Assembly: GCA_963798915.1 (NCBI GenBank)
Contig: CAWCVB010000006.1
Coordinates: 320,001 to 384,000 of the forward strand
Origin: an uncultured Gemmatimonadales bacterium
Lineage (GTDB): Bacteria > Gemmatimonadota > Gemmatimonadetes > Gemmatimonadales > GWC2-71-9
Reading direction: 5' to 3'
DNA length: 64,000 nt
The translations under genes and the position numbers were made by a program. A model generated the notes under the pieces. That model saw only the letters and a list, made by a program, of their open reading frames with translations, made no database searches and had not been told where the DNA came from. This document shows, in pieces, positions 9,553 to 19,736 of the stretch (the stretch's first letter is position 1; each line of letters opens with the position of its first letter).

Positions 9553-11117
9553 GGCCGTATGGCCTCCCGCGCAAAACGGACAAGTCCACTGCCCGTGGCC
9601 ACCCAGACGTAGTCGGCATCGACGGCCACATCGCGCGCATCGGCCGGGATATCACCGATCCCGAAGAGGCGCGACACCGAAAACCCGAGCCGCGCGAATC
9701 CGAACCCCTTTTCAGCCGCGAACCACACGCCTGGCCCATCCACACGGAAGGCGCGGAGGTTGCCCAGCATTCCTGACAGAACCGGATCGACATGCCATCG
9801 TCCGCCGTGCTCGCGCCACAGCAGGCGATCGCGGGTCAGCGCGACGAGTGTGTCTCCGAGCCAGCCAATCTGAAGCACCGGATCACGGAATTCCGCCGGC
9901 TCCGTGCCGGCAGGCCGCAACAGGTCGCCGGTACGGCCCACGGTGTAGAAGATCCCGAGCTGCGTCCCGATCCACGTGGTATCGGCTGAGATCGAGACGG
10001 CGTAGGCTGCGTCGTGGAACTCCGGCGCCACCCGAAAGACCTCCAGACTGTCGGACACGCGTGCCGCACCGTGTGCTGTCGCCACCCCAATCCAACCCTG
10101 GCGCGACATCACGTCATAGACCCTGTCGTCCGGCAGGCCGCGACCTCGGTCCACCATGGTGACCTGCCCTGAGGCCGGGTCCACTCGAGCCACACCTCGG
10201 TCGGTCGCGAGCCAGAGGCCACGGCCCATCCCAACGATGCGCCGCGCCGTGCTGAAGGGCAGCCCCGTCGCCGACGGACCTTGCAGGTATCTGAAGTCGC
10301 GCAGGTCGGCGGAGCCGTAGGTGAGGGCCGCGAAGGCGGTCGGCGTTCGTTCGCTCACGGTCCAGATCCCGCCCGGAGCGCTGAAGAGCGCGGTGACGGA
10401 CGAGCCCAGCACCCCGAACGGCAGCGGCTGTGGAACGGCGGCACCCTCCTGCAAATAGAGGAGTCCCGCGCCTGACGTGCCGAGATACCAGCCCAGCCGG
10501 TCGAACGTGCGTGCGGCGGCCGTGAACTGTGCCGGCCGCATGCGTCCATCAAGCAGAAATGAAGACGACATGGCGAGCACCGATGGGTGCTCCTGAAGGA
10601 ACTGATCGGCGGTCACGGGGCGAAGCGGCTGCACAGGGGAATCGGCCGGGGATGTGCTCGTGCCGCCGCGCGCCAGTTCGTACCACCGCGTCCCGACCCG
10701 CATGAGCAGACCACCCAAGGGATTGGCCAGGTCAAAGCCGATCTCACTGATCCGGCCGGGCGCGGCGCCGCTGGACCATGTTTGGAGCTCGGGCTGGTAG
10801 TGGATCCAGGCATCCGGACGCGCCAGCCAGAGCGAATTGTCGAGTGGGTCAACCATGGACGTGAAGACGCCACGAAGCAGATCACTGGTCGGAGGGCTCT
10901 GAGTGCCCTCCCATTCCCGAAACTGGGCTTGCCGAATCAGCAGCTGATCCGGTGAAGTGGCAAACACCCGATCCGAGGCCGCCGCCACCGACGTGATGGT
11001 CGAAAAATCACCCACAATCACCCGGTCGGCGGGTCGCCAGTCCCGGGTTGGGCTTTGAGCGGACGCTGCCAGCGACACGAGCGCGAGCAATGCGACCAGG
11101 CCACTCACAGTCTTCAT
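9549..11117 (-). CDS. secreted beta-propeller-like hypothetical protein
   Basis: Signal peptide and repeated W(L/I/V)(A/G)TxxG blades (LWLATDRG, TWIGTQLG, VWVATGSG). Confidence 0.75.
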   Translation of the reverse strand: MKTVSGLVALLALVSLAASAQSPTRDWRPADRVIVGDFSTITSVAAASDRVFATSPDQLLIRQAQFREWEGTQSPPTSDLLRGVFTSMVDPLDNSLWLARPDAWIHYQPELQTWSSGAAPGRISEIGFDLANPLGGLLMRVGTRWYELARGGTSTSPADSPVQPLRPVTADQFLQEHPSVLAMSSSFLLDGRMRPAQFTAAARTFDRLGWYLGTSGAGLLYLQEGAAVPQPLPFGVLGSSVTALFSAPGGIWTVSERTPTAFAALTYGSADLRDFRYLQGPSATGLPFSTARRIVGMGRGLWLATDRGVARVDPASGQVTMVDRGRGLPDDRVYDVMSRQGWIGVATAHGAARVSDSLEVFRVAPEFHDAAYAVSISADTTWIGTQLGIFYTVGRTGDLLRPAGTEPAEFRDPVLQIGWLGDTLVALTRDRLLWREHGGRWHVDPVLSGMLGNLRAFRVDGPGVWFAAEKGFGFARLGFSVSRLFGIGDIPADARDVAVDADYVWVATGSGLVRFAREAIRP

Positions 11118-11135
11118 AATATCATATACAGCAAC

Positions 11136-11141
11136 ATTATA
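11136..11141 (-). promoter_or_regulatory. putative -10 element (TATAAT)
   Basis: Perfect TATAAT in an AT-rich patch 18 nt upstream of ATG 11117; no clear -35. Confidence 0.4.
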
Positions 11142-11170
11142 GCTTCTCACACATCAGGTGATTTCTCGCG

Positions 11171-12730
11171 TCATATTTCCGCCGGGGGCGGGAGTTCCCA
11201 CAGAAGTGGCGGGGCGAATGGCCCGGCGCCGGCGCGCTGCAGGTCCCAATCCCGCCAGACATCTGGCAGGGCTGTCACCACATCGGCCGGCCGCATCGCG
11301 TGTGCGGTATGGCGCCGCGCGGCCATATCGGCTGCACGACCAAGTGCCTGTGCCGCGGCTGCGCCGGCCGCGGCCGGCTCCCGGTGCTGCGCCAGAAAGG
11401 TTCCGCAGATCCCGCTCAGGATATCACCGCTGCCGCCGGTACCCAGCCCGGGATTTCCCGACGCCACGGTCCAAGCCGACCGGTCTGGCGCCGCGATCAC
11501 CGTGGGAACTCCCTTGAGCAGCACGACGACACCGAGGCGAACCGCTGCATCCTGCGCTGCGCCCCACGGGTTCACCTCGCGAGTGGCATCGAGGTCGGGC
11601 ACCAGCGACCGAAATTCTCCCGGATGCGGCGTCAGGAGGGCTGCCTTGCCGCGCACCGCGTCGGCAAGTTCGGGTGCCCTGCCCTGGAAGACCGTAAGGG
11701 CGTCGGCGTCGATCACTATTCGCCGGGCTGCACCCGCGATGATCTTGACGAAATCCACTCGCTCGTCGCTGCGACCCAGCCCCGGTCCGATCACCACGGC
11801 ATCAGCGCGCGCCACCAGCTCGAGAGCTTCCGGGCCAGGGCGTCCCGTGAGTGCACATGTCTGGGTAAGCACTTCCGGCTCGGCAAGACGCAACTCGTGC
11901 ACCGTTTCCTCCGGCGCGACGACATGCACATAACCTGCGCCGGAGGCAAAGGCGGCATGCGCCGCCAGCCGGACGGCGCCCGAAGTGCCGGGCGCGCCAC
12001 CGGCAATGACAACTCGGCCACGGGTGCCCTTGTGATCGCTGGCGCGAAACACCGGGAGTTGAGTCGCTGCCCAGGCGTCGGTGACGAGCCGGGGCCACGC
12101 AGGATCCGCGGTGGGCAGTCCGATGTCGATGACGATCAGGGTACCGACTTGATCGCGCGCCAGGAGGTGACCGCGCCGAGGACCGCCGAACGTGATGGAG
12201 AGCTGGGCGCCCGCATTGCCATGCACGACGCCGGTGGCGAGATCGAGGCCGGTGGGCCCATCCAGGGCAACAACCGGCACCCGCAGGTCATGCAGTCGAT
12301 CGAGAAGCGCCTGAGCGGGTCCGCGCGGGGCGCCACGAGCGCCGGTGCCGAGAATCGCGTCGATGGCGAGTGCGGCGCCGGGCCATGGTCCGTCTGGGGG
12401 CAGCTGCCGCACACCAGCAGCCAGTGCGAGTTCGGCGGCCGAGCGACAGGCATCTGAGCGGGTGCCCTCGACCGATGCGACCCATACCGGGGCGCCGGCG
12501 GCGGCCAACGCTCGCGCCGTGACCCATCCGTCCCCGCCGTTATTGCCTGCCCCGGCAGCCAGGATGGTGCCACTGGACAGCAGATGACCAAAGCGGGAAG
12601 CCACAATCCATGCGGCGCCCCGACCGGCAGCGTCCATGAGCGTCGGCAATGCGATGCCGGCGTTCCGCGCGCGTTCATCCCAGGCAGCGGCATCCTCCGG
12701 GGCGAGGACCGGCAGCATGGGGCGCGTCAT
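11171..12730 (-). CDS. nnr: bifunctional NAD(P)H-hydrate epimerase/dehydratase (YjeF)
   Basis: GAGNNGGDG, DAILGTG, HKGTRG, IGPGLG, LTPHPGE and GGSGDILSG. Confidence 0.95.
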   Translation of the reverse strand: MTRPMLPVLAPEDAAAWDERARNAGIALPTLMDAAGRGAAWIVASRFGHLLSSGTILAAGAGNNGGDGWVTARALAAAGAPVWVASVEGTRSDACRSAAELALAAGVRQLPPDGPWPGAALAIDAILGTGARGAPRGPAQALLDRLHDLRVPVVALDGPTGLDLATGVVHGNAGAQLSITFGGPRRGHLLARDQVGTLIVIDIGLPTADPAWPRLVTDAWAATQLPVFRASDHKGTRGRVVIAGGAPGTSGAVRLAAHAAFASGAGYVHVVAPEETVHELRLAEPEVLTQTCALTGRPGPEALELVARADAVVIGPGLGRSDERVDFVKIIAGAARRIVIDADALTVFQGRAPELADAVRGKAALLTPHPGEFRSLVPDLDATREVNPWGAAQDAAVRLGVVVLLKGVPTVIAAPDRSAWTVASGNPGLGTGGSGDILSGICGTFLAQHREPAAAGAAAAQALGRAADMAARRHTAHAMRPADVVTALPDVWRDWDLQRAGAGPFAPPLLWELPPPAEI

Positions 12731-12754
12731 GGGGAGGGACGCATCTTGACCCGG

Positions 12755-12949
12755 CTACTTGACGCTGTGCCCGATGGTCCGGCCTATGGAAATCTCCCCG
12801 TTGTCGATCCGGATATTGAAGCCGCAGTCCGGATTGGTGCAGACCCATGCCTTGTAGGTGATGGGCGCGCCATCCCGGCCGTAATCGGACAAAGGAATCA
12901 GCATTCCAGCATTGCACTTCCGACAGGCCGGCCACTCCCGTTGTTCCAT
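12755..12949 (-). CDS. small zinc-ribbon protein
   Basis: CRKC...CTNPDC; GGAGG RBS before MEQREW (alternative start 12964). Confidence 0.75.
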   Translation of the reverse strand: MEQREWPACRKCNAGMLIPLSDYGRDGAPITYKAWVCTNPDCGFNIRIDNGEISIGRTIGHSVK

Positions 12950-12960
12950 ACGTCCCTCCG

Positions 12961-13356
12961 TCATCCCGTCGCCGTTCTGGGAACTCCCTGCCAGGCATAC
13001 CGCCCGCCGAACACGTCATCGAATTCGTAGACGGAGGCAAAGTCGGATTCGCGATCCCCCGGCTGAGTGACCAACAGCCCAACCTCCACCAGGGTATAGA
13101 CGATGCGCCCGAAATCTTCCGTCCTGCTGATGCCCCAATGCTGGAGCACGCTCGCCGCCATCAGCCCGAACTGTTCGAGCGCAAACCCATGACACGCCCA
13201 CGCCAACTCCGCGCCGTTCACGTGACGCCGGGCCTCAAGCCCTGTCTGAAGGTACTCGACCGATGCGAGCACGAACAGATAGGCGCGCTCATCGTAGCGG
13301 CCCCCGTGTCGGCGGATCCGTGCCAGCATGCTGTCGGAGAACTGCAGTCCATTCAT
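12961..13356 (-). CDS. Minf_1886-like uncharacterised protein
   Basis: [32 protein letters not shown] and [12 protein letters not shown] match the family pattern as I recall it. Confidence 0.75.
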   Translation of the reverse strand: MNGLQFSDSMLARIRRHGGRYDERAYLFVLASVEYLQTGLEARRHVNGAELAWACHGFALEQFGLMAASVLQHWGISRTEDFGRIVYTLVEVGLLVTQPGDRESDFASVYEFDDVFGGRYAWQGVPRTATG

Positions 13357-14621
13357 ACGGCGGCGTGGTGCCTCGCGGCATACAGGGGATACAGTTCGGC
13401 CAGCTCGTGCACCTCTCGCCGCACCTGCGCCAGCGTTGTTTCGTCCTGCCGGCTCAGCACCAGTGCGATGAAGCTGGCGATCCGCGCCATCTCCTCGGTG
13501 CCCATGCCGCGCGTCGTCAGGGCGGGCGTGCCAATACGGATACCGCTGGTGACAAAGGGAGACGCCGGATCATCGGGCACGGTGTTCTTGTTGACCGTCA
13601 TGCCGGCCTGGCCGAGCAGGCTTTCCGCCAGCTTCCCGGTCAGTCCGCGTCGGCGCAGGTCCACCAGCATCAGGTGAGTGTCGGTCCCACCCGAGACCAG
13701 GTCGAACCCCTCCGCCATCAGTCCCTCCGCCAGCGCGCGGGCGTTCTCCACGACGTGTCGGGCATACCGCTTGAATTCGCCCGTCAGTGCCTCCCCGAAC
13801 GCGACTGCCTTGGCGGCGATGATGTGTTCCAGCGGTCCACCCTGTGTCCCGGGAAAGACCGACTTGTCCACCGCCTTGGCGAGCTCGCCGTTGCAGAGGA
13901 TCATGCCCCCGCGCGGACCGCGCAGCGTCTTGTGCGTCGTGGTCGTGACAACCTGCGCGTGAGGCACGGGAGACGGGTGCACTCCGCCAGCCACCAGCCC
14001 GGCAAAATGAGCCATGTCCACCAGCAGGGTGGCGCCCACCTCGTCCGCGATGCTGCGGAAAGCCGCAAAATCGATAATCCTGGCGTAGGCGCTCCCACCG
14101 GCCACGATGAGGCCCGGCCGTTCGGCGCGCGCAAGCTCACGGACCGCGTCGTAATCGATCCTGCCCGACCTCGCATCGACACCATAATGAACGGCACGCC
14201 AGATGGTGCCGCTATGGCTCACCTTGGCGCCGTGGGTCAAGTGCCCCCCGTGCGGCAACGCCATGCCGAGCAGCGTCCCGCCCGGCGGCAGTACGGCCAT
14301 GAACGCGGCAAAGTTGGCCTGGGCCCCCGAATGCGGCTGCACATTCGCGTGATCAGCGCCGAAAATCTGGCGCGCGCGGTCGATCGCGAGCTGCTCGATC
14401 TGGTCCACCACCTCACAGCCGCCATAGTAGCGGCGTCCGGGATAGCCCTCGGCGTACTTGTTGGTCAGCGGGGTCCCGGCCGCGTCGAGTACGGCGCGAC
14501 TCGCAAAATTCTCGCTGGCGATGAGCTCCAGCCCATCCCGCTGGCGCGCGAGTTCCCGGTCGACCAATCCGGCGACGACGGGATCAGCTTGTCTGAGCGT
14601 GGCGTTCAGGTCCAGCGTCAC
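13353..14621 (-). CDS. glyA: serine hydroxymethyltransferase
   Basis: [21 protein letters not shown] and [14 protein letters not shown]. Confidence 0.98.
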   Translation of the reverse strand: MTLDLNATLRQADPVVAGLVDRELARQRDGLELIASENFASRAVLDAAGTPLTNKYAEGYPGRRYYGGCEVVDQIEQLAIDRARQIFGADHANVQPHSGAQANFAAFMAVLPPGGTLLGMALPHGGHLTHGAKVSHSGTIWRAVHYGVDARSGRIDYDAVRELARAERPGLIVAGGSAYARIIDFAAFRSIADEVGATLLVDMAHFAGLVAGGVHPSPVPHAQVVTTTTHKTLRGPRGGMILCNGELAKAVDKSVFPGTQGGPLEHIIAAKAVAFGEALTGEFKRYARHVVENARALAEGLMAEGFDLVSGGTDTHLMLVDLRRRGLTGKLAESLLGQAGMTVNKNTVPDDPASPFVTSGIRIGTPALTTRGMGTEEMARIASFIALVLSRQDETTLAQVRREVHELAELYPLYAARHHAAV

Positions 14622-15061
14622 GGCGCCTCCGCGTCGATTTCGGCGACGCGACGGGCGTGGCGTCCGCCGGCAAAGGGCGTATCGAGGAACGTGTGGAGGA
14701 TCTGGACCGCCTCGTCGTCGGAGAGGAAGCGCGAGGGCAGCACCAGGACGTTGGCGTTGTTATGCTCGCGTGACAGCCGGGCCACTTCGTCATTCCAGAC
14801 CACCGCCGCCCGGACGCCATGATGGCGGTTGGCAGCGTATGACATGCCGAGCCCCGACCCGCAGAGGAGCACACCGCGCGCGGCCTTGCCCTGCCCAACG
14901 GCCTGTGCCACCTGATGCGCGTAGGGGGGATAGTCGGTCGAGGCGGCACTATGAGTGCCCAGGTCGTCGGGCTCGAACCCCAGGCGCTGCAGCTCGCCGA
15001 TCAAGTGCTGCTTCATTTCGAAGCCGGCGTGGTCCGCCGCGATTGGTATGACTTCAGCCAT
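14618..15061 (-). CDS. rpiB: ribose-5-phosphate isomerase B
   Basis: [23 protein letters not shown] and GGRHARRV. Confidence 0.95.
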   Translation of the reverse strand: MAEVIPIAADHAGFEMKQHLIGELQRLGFEPDDLGTHSAASTDYPPYAHQVAQAVGQGKAARGVLLCGSGLGMSYAANRHHGVRAAVVWNDEVARLSREHNNANVLVLPSRFLSDDEAVQILHTFLDTPFAGGRHARRVAEIDAEAP

Positions 15062-15079
15062 GGATGCCCTGCCTCTCGT

Positions 15080-16147
15080 TCAGCGCCGACCGCTCAGCCA
15101 GAGCTTGTCGAGCCCGTTGACGGCGGCGATCCGCTCCTCCGCCAGCCGGTCGGCAGCGCGATACGTCGCGATGCCATCCCGCTTCGCGATGGCAAAGATA
15201 CGCTGGATCGTGTCGTAGATTTCGCCGGCCTTCTTGTGCGAACGCTCCTCCGGCCAGTGGTGGAGCTCGCCGTACACGTTGATCAGCCCGCCGCCGTTGA
15301 TGACGTAGTCCGGAGCATAGCTGATGCCGCGGTCGTCGAGAATGTCGCCGTGCCGCTCCTCCGCGAGCTGATTATTCGCGCCGCCAGCGATCACCTCGAC
15401 CTTGAGGCGCTTCAAGGTCTCGTCGTTGATGGTCGCGCCCAGTGCGCAGGGAGCGTATATGTCTCCCTTCTCGTCGTAGATCGTGGAAGGATCGACGGGC
15501 CGGGCCCCGAATTCATCCACCGCTCGCTGCATCTTCTCGCGGTCAATATCCGTGACGACAAGCTTGGCTCCCTCGGCATGCAGATGCCGGCACAGGTAGT
15601 AGGCGACCTTGCCGGCACCCTGGACCAGGACGGTCCTGCCGGCCAGGTCATCGGTGCCCCAATGCGCGTGCGCTGTCGCCTTCATGCCCATGTAGACCCC
15701 GTACGCCGTCACCGGTGAGGGATCGCCCGAGAGTCCCATGAGTCCGGCTACGTGATTGGTCTCGAGACGGACAAACTCCATGTCCATTGGACTGGTGCCC
15801 ACATCTTCGGCGGTGATGTACCGGCCATTGAGCGATTCAACAAACCGGCCATGGGCGCGGAAGAGTGTCTCCCGGTCAGTTCGCTTGTTGTTGCCGATGA
15901 TCACCGACTTGCCGCCGCCCAGATTCAGCCCCGCCACGGCCGCCTTGTACGTCATCCCACGAGCCAGACGAAGGGCATCGACAATCGCGGCGTCCGTGCT
16001 CTCATACTGCCAGAATCGCGTGCCCCCGAGCGCCGGCCCGAGGGTGGTGTCGTGCACCGCGATCAAGCCGAAGTACTCGCAGGAAGGGTCATGGCACAGG
16101 ACCAGCTGTTCATGGCCATGCTCATGGATTTCGCGAAAGATGTCCAT
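15080..16147 (-). CDS. Glu/Leu/Phe/Val dehydrogenase (leucine dehydrogenase-like)
   Basis: [29 protein letters not shown] and GGANNQL. Confidence 0.93.
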   Translation of the reverse strand: MDIFREIHEHGHEQLVLCHDPSCEYFGLIAVHDTTLGPALGGTRFWQYESTDAAIVDALRLARGMTYKAAVAGLNLGGGKSVIIGNNKRTDRETLFRAHGRFVESLNGRYITAEDVGTSPMDMEFVRLETNHVAGLMGLSGDPSPVTAYGVYMGMKATAHAHWGTDDLAGRTVLVQGAGKVAYYLCRHLHAEGAKLVVTDIDREKMQRAVDEFGARPVDPSTIYDEKGDIYAPCALGATINDETLKRLKVEVIAGGANNQLAEERHGDILDDRGISYAPDYVINGGGLINVYGELHHWPEERSHKKAGEIYDTIQRIFAIAKRDGIATYRAADRLAEERIAAVNGLDKLWLSGRR

Positions 16148-16226
16148 GGACGTGCGGCTCCGAGAAGAGTATGGAGGCCGCGCTTCGGCATCGGGCCGGG
16201 CGCGGAATCAGGTTCGCTGCGCGCAG

Positions 16227-17075
16227 CTACTGCCCGTAGCTGAAGAATCCCTGGCCGCTCTTCCGGCCGAGGTGACCGGCCGCGACCATGCGCCGCAGCA
16301 GCGGGCAGGGCCGGTACTTGGGATCACCCAGCCCCTCATGCATCACCTCCAGGATGGCGAGGCAGACATCCAGGCCGATGAAGTCGGCGAGCGCCAAGGG
16401 ACCCATTGGGTGCGCCATCCCGAGCTTCATGACCGTGTCGATCGCCTCGGGCTCCGCCACGCTTTCCATCACACAGAATATGGCCTCGTTGATCATTGGC
16501 AGGAGCACCCGGTTGGCTACGAAGCCGGGATAGTCGTTGACCAGCACCGGCGTCTTGCCCAGCGATTCGGCGATGGCCGTCACCTGCGTCGCCGTATCGT
16601 CGGACGTGTCCTGGCCCCGGATGACTTCCACCAGTTTCATGACCGGCACCGGGTTCATGAAATGCATGCCGATGATCCGGTCTGGGCGCCCGGTGCGGCC
16701 AGCGATTTCGGTGATGGAAATCGAGCTTGTGTTGGTTGCGAGTATGGTTTCGGGACGGCAGAGGCCGTCCAGCGCCTGGAAAATGGCGTACTTGACTGAA
16801 GGTTTTTCGCTGGCCGCCTCGATCACAAGTTCGGCGTTGTGTGCGGCCTCCAGCGTGGTGGCGGGCTTGACCCGGCCAAGTATCTCGTCGGCCGAACCCT
16901 CCGGCAACGCACCCTTCCGGACCTGCCGCTCGATGTTGGAACGGATGGTTTCCGTGGCCTTCTCCAGCGCCGGCGTCGCCGTATCGATCATCGCCACGGT
17001 CCAGCCATGCTGAGCCAGTACGTGGGCGATACCATTCCCCATGGTGCCGGCGCCAATGACCGCCGCATGCTTCAT
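16227..17075 (-). CDS. hbd: 3-hydroxybutyryl-CoA dehydrogenase
   Basis: GAGTMGNG, ATNTSSISI, GMHFMNPVPVM and HPMGPL. Confidence 0.93.
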   Translation of the reverse strand: MKHAAVIGAGTMGNGIAHVLAQHGWTVAMIDTATPALEKATETIRSNIERQVRKGALPEGSADEILGRVKPATTLEAAHNAELVIEAASEKPSVKYAIFQALDGLCRPETILATNTSSISITEIAGRTGRPDRIIGMHFMNPVPVMKLVEVIRGQDTSDDTATQVTAIAESLGKTPVLVNDYPGFVANRVLLPMINEAIFCVMESVAEPEAIDTVMKLGMAHPMGPLALADFIGLDVCLAILEVMHEGLGDPKYRPCPLLRRMVAAGHLGRKSGQGFFSYGQ

Positions 17076-17944
17076 GCTTGATCCTTTCGTAGCTGTCGCA
17101 GGACAATCAGGCAGGCCAGCCCGAGCGCGAACGTTGCGGCAAGGCCGCCCTCCGGGCCGAACGCGCCGCCGGTCATCCAGGACGGACCACCAGGGCGATA
17201 GTCCAGCATCGGGATGTCGAATGGAAATCCGCTGACCGGAGCGTCAAGCCCGGCCAGCGTCACGTTCCAGCCAACGTGGGCGCCGAACGCCGTCCACAAT
17301 CCACCCGGAGCAAAGAACGCCAGGCCAAGGAAGACTCCGGCCAGGGCGATGTTCCCGAGGCCGAGCCCGCTGACATGCGGATTGCCGAGGTGCGCGAGCG
17401 CAAATACGATCGAAACCGCCACAAGAGCGGCTCCTCGCCCGAACGCCCGCGCCAACAGGACCAGCGGCACGCCACGAAACAGCACTTCCTCCGCTAGGGC
17501 CGCGGGAGCGAGCACGATCCCGGTGAGTCCCACGGACGCCACGTACGGTCCGATCCCGCCGGCATCTGACGCCCATCCGGCGGATGTGGTGAGCGCCGCG
17601 AGGGTCAGGGCCGCGGCTGCCGCCAATGCACCGATGCCGAAGCCCCAGCCCAAGCCGTGCAGGCGCGATCCGGCATGAGTCCAGCGTACGGAAGGCAAGT
17701 CCAGCCCGGCGGCCTTGAATCCGACCAGCCAGGTGGCAGCCACCGCACCCAGCAGTGCAGCACAACCCTGAAGCAGTATGGAAGCGGGCGAGGCGTTCCT
17801 GAGCCAGGCCACCGCGCCGCGAGGCGAACCCGCAGCAAGGCCGGCCGCACCGATGGAAAACAGGCCGGTGATAACCGTGGCGAGGGCGAGAAACGCGATT
17901 GACCAACCGATCGCTGCTGCCGCACCCCTCCGCCCGGTCGCCAC
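17072..17944 (-). CDS. CPBP (Abi/CAAX-like) intramembrane metalloprotease
   Basis: EEVLFRG, FALAH and HVGWN; multiple TM helices; GTG start inferred. Confidence 0.9.
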   Translation of the reverse strand: MATGRRGAAAAIGWSIAFLALATVITGLFSIGAAGLAAGSPRGAVAWLRNASPASILLQGCAALLGAVAATWLVGFKAAGLDLPSVRWTHAGSRLHGLGWGFGIGALAAAAALTLAALTTSAGWASDAGGIGPYVASVGLTGIVLAPAALAEEVLFRGVPLVLLARAFGRGAALVAVSIVFALAHLGNPHVSGLGLGNIALAGVFLGLAFFAPGGLWTAFGAHVGWNVTLAGLDAPVSGFPFDIPMLDYRPGGPSWMTGGAFGPEGGLAATFALGLACLIVLRQLRKDQA

Positions 17945-17948
17945 AAGC

Positions 17949-18527
17949 CTAATGACGCGTGGTAAGTCGAGAGCGGCTGAAGGCCAGCACCACAGTGGCA
18001 ATTGCGACCTTGGTCAGGTCACCGGCGAGAAACGGCATGAGGCCCGCCCGGAACGCCAGTCCCGGATCTCCACCGAGCAGCGCCAACTGCGACACCCCGC
18101 CAAGATGAATAACGGCCATCGCCACGGTCAGCACCAGTGCTGTCCAGGCGATGCGCGCGGCACCGTGCAGGCGTCTGCTTCGCGCCAACCCCGCGACCGC
18201 CGCAGCGGCTGGGAAGGCCAGGAGATACCCGCCCGTTGGTCCCAGAAGGTGCAGCAGCCCGCCGTGGGCAAATGCGAAGACCGGAGCCCCTGCTGCCCCA
18301 GCCAGCAAGTAGGTTCCGAGCGCGGCCGCACCCTCGGCCGGACCGAGCCAGGCTCCCACCAGCAGCACGGCCAGCCCCTGCAGCGTAAAGGGAACGGGCG
18401 TGAAGGCGAGCGGAATCGACAGCTGGGCGCTGAGCGCCACGACGAGCGCGCCAAGACCCACTCTCAGGGCACGGGTCAGGACGTCTGGATAAGGAGAAAC
18501 GCGAGCATCGTTGGCTGGCTGCATCAC
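17949..18527 (-). CDS. bioY: biotin transporter BioY
   Basis: [13 protein letters not shown] and GPTGGYL. Confidence 0.93.
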   Translation of the reverse strand: MMQPANDARVSPYPDVLTRALRVGLGALVVALSAQLSIPLAFTPVPFTLQGLAVLLVGAWLGPAEGAAALGTYLLAGAAGAPVFAFAHGGLLHLLGPTGGYLLAFPAAAAVAGLARSRRLHGAARIAWTALVLTVAMAVIHLGGVSQLALLGGDPGLAFRAGLMPFLAGDLTKVAIATVVLAFSRSRLTTRH

Positions 18528-19711
18528 AGCTTCTCCACGGAGAGGGCCACGGCATTACCTCCGCCGAGGCAAAGTGTCGCCAGGCCGGTGGCCTTGTCCT
18601 GCTGATCCAGCGCCGCCAGCAACGTCGTCAGGATACGTGCGCCGCTTGCACCGATCGGATGACCCAATGCGACGGCGCCACCGTTGACGTTGACCCGATC
18701 CCAGTCCCAACCGAGTTCTCGGCCGTCAGCCAGGGCCTGGACCGCAAAGGCCTCGTTCGCCTCGATCAGGTCGTAATCCTTGATGCTGGTTCCCGCCCGC
18801 TTCATGAGGTTGCGCACGGCTACGATCGGCGCAAAGAAGAGGTCCTTCGGCTCGCCACCGCCGGCGGCATAGGCCGTGATGCGTGCTCGGGGCTTCAACC
18901 CGTTGGCCTTGGCGTAGGCGAGGGACGTCACCACCAGCGCGCTGGCGCCGTCATTGAGTCCGGGAGCATTACCGGCGGTTACCGAGCCTTCCCGTCGGAA
19001 GGCGGGCTTCAGCCTGCCGAGCGCCTCGAGCGACGTGTCCTTTCGGGGGCCCTCGTCCACATCGACAATGGTCTCTCCCTTCCGCCCCGGGACGGCAACG
19101 GGCACGATCTCCGCCTTGAACCTGCCGGCTTCCTGCGCTGCCACCGCTTTCTGATGGCTCGCCAGGGCAAACGCGTCCTGATCGTGCCGCGAGATGCCGG
19201 CCTTTTCGGCCGTGTACTCCGCGTACTCGCCCATGTGGTTGTCGCCGAAGGAATCCCACAGGCCATCGTGGATCATGCCGTCCACGACAGTCTGGTTCCC
19301 TGCCTTGACGCCGGTGCGGTAGCCATACAGGTAATGCGGCGCCGAGGACATGGACTCCTGGCCCCCGGCAAGCAGGCATGACGCGTCTCCCGCCTTGACC
19401 GCCTGGGCCGCCAGCATGACCGCCTTCAGGCCCGATCCGCAGACCTTGTTGATGGTCAGCGCCGGTACCGTGCCGGGAACGCCGCCGTGAATCATGGACT
19501 GCCGGGCCGGGGCCTGCCCGCTGCCACCCTGCACCACCTGGCCCATGATGACTTCATCGATGGTTGCGGGATCGATCGCCGCGCGAGCGATTGCCTCGCG
19601 AATGACGATGGCGCCCAACTGCGGCGCAGTCAGGCCAGATAGTCCGCCGAGAAACCGGCCGATGGGCGTCCGGACAGCCGAAACGATTACTGCCGTGGTC
19701 TCATCTGACAT
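18524..19711 (-). CDS. acetyl-CoA C-acetyltransferase (thiolase)
   Basis: [20 protein letters not shown] and CLGGG. Confidence 0.96.
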   Translation of the reverse strand: MSDETTAVIVSAVRTPIGRFLGGLSGLTAPQLGAIVIREAIARAAIDPATIDEVIMGQVVQGGSGQAPARQSMIHGGVPGTVPALTINKVCGSGLKAVMLAAQAVKAGDASCLLAGGQESMSSAPHYLYGYRTGVKAGNQTVVDGMIHDGLWDSFGDNHMGEYAEYTAEKAGISRHDQDAFALASHQKAVAAQEAGRFKAEIVPVAVPGRKGETIVDVDEGPRKDTSLEALGRLKPAFRREGSVTAGNAPGLNDGASALVVTSLAYAKANGLKPRARITAYAAGGGEPKDLFFAPIVAVRNLMKRAGTSIKDYDLIEANEAFAVQALADGRELGWDWDRVNVNGGAVALGHPIGASGARILTTLLAALDQQDKATGLATLCLGGGNAVALSVEKL

Positions 19712-19736
19712 GGGCGGGAAAATAGCCGGATCGCGC

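Noticed and set aside
11116..11131. LexA/SOS box (…ATATACAG)
   Set aside because: Only one half-site matches CTGT-N8-ACAG.
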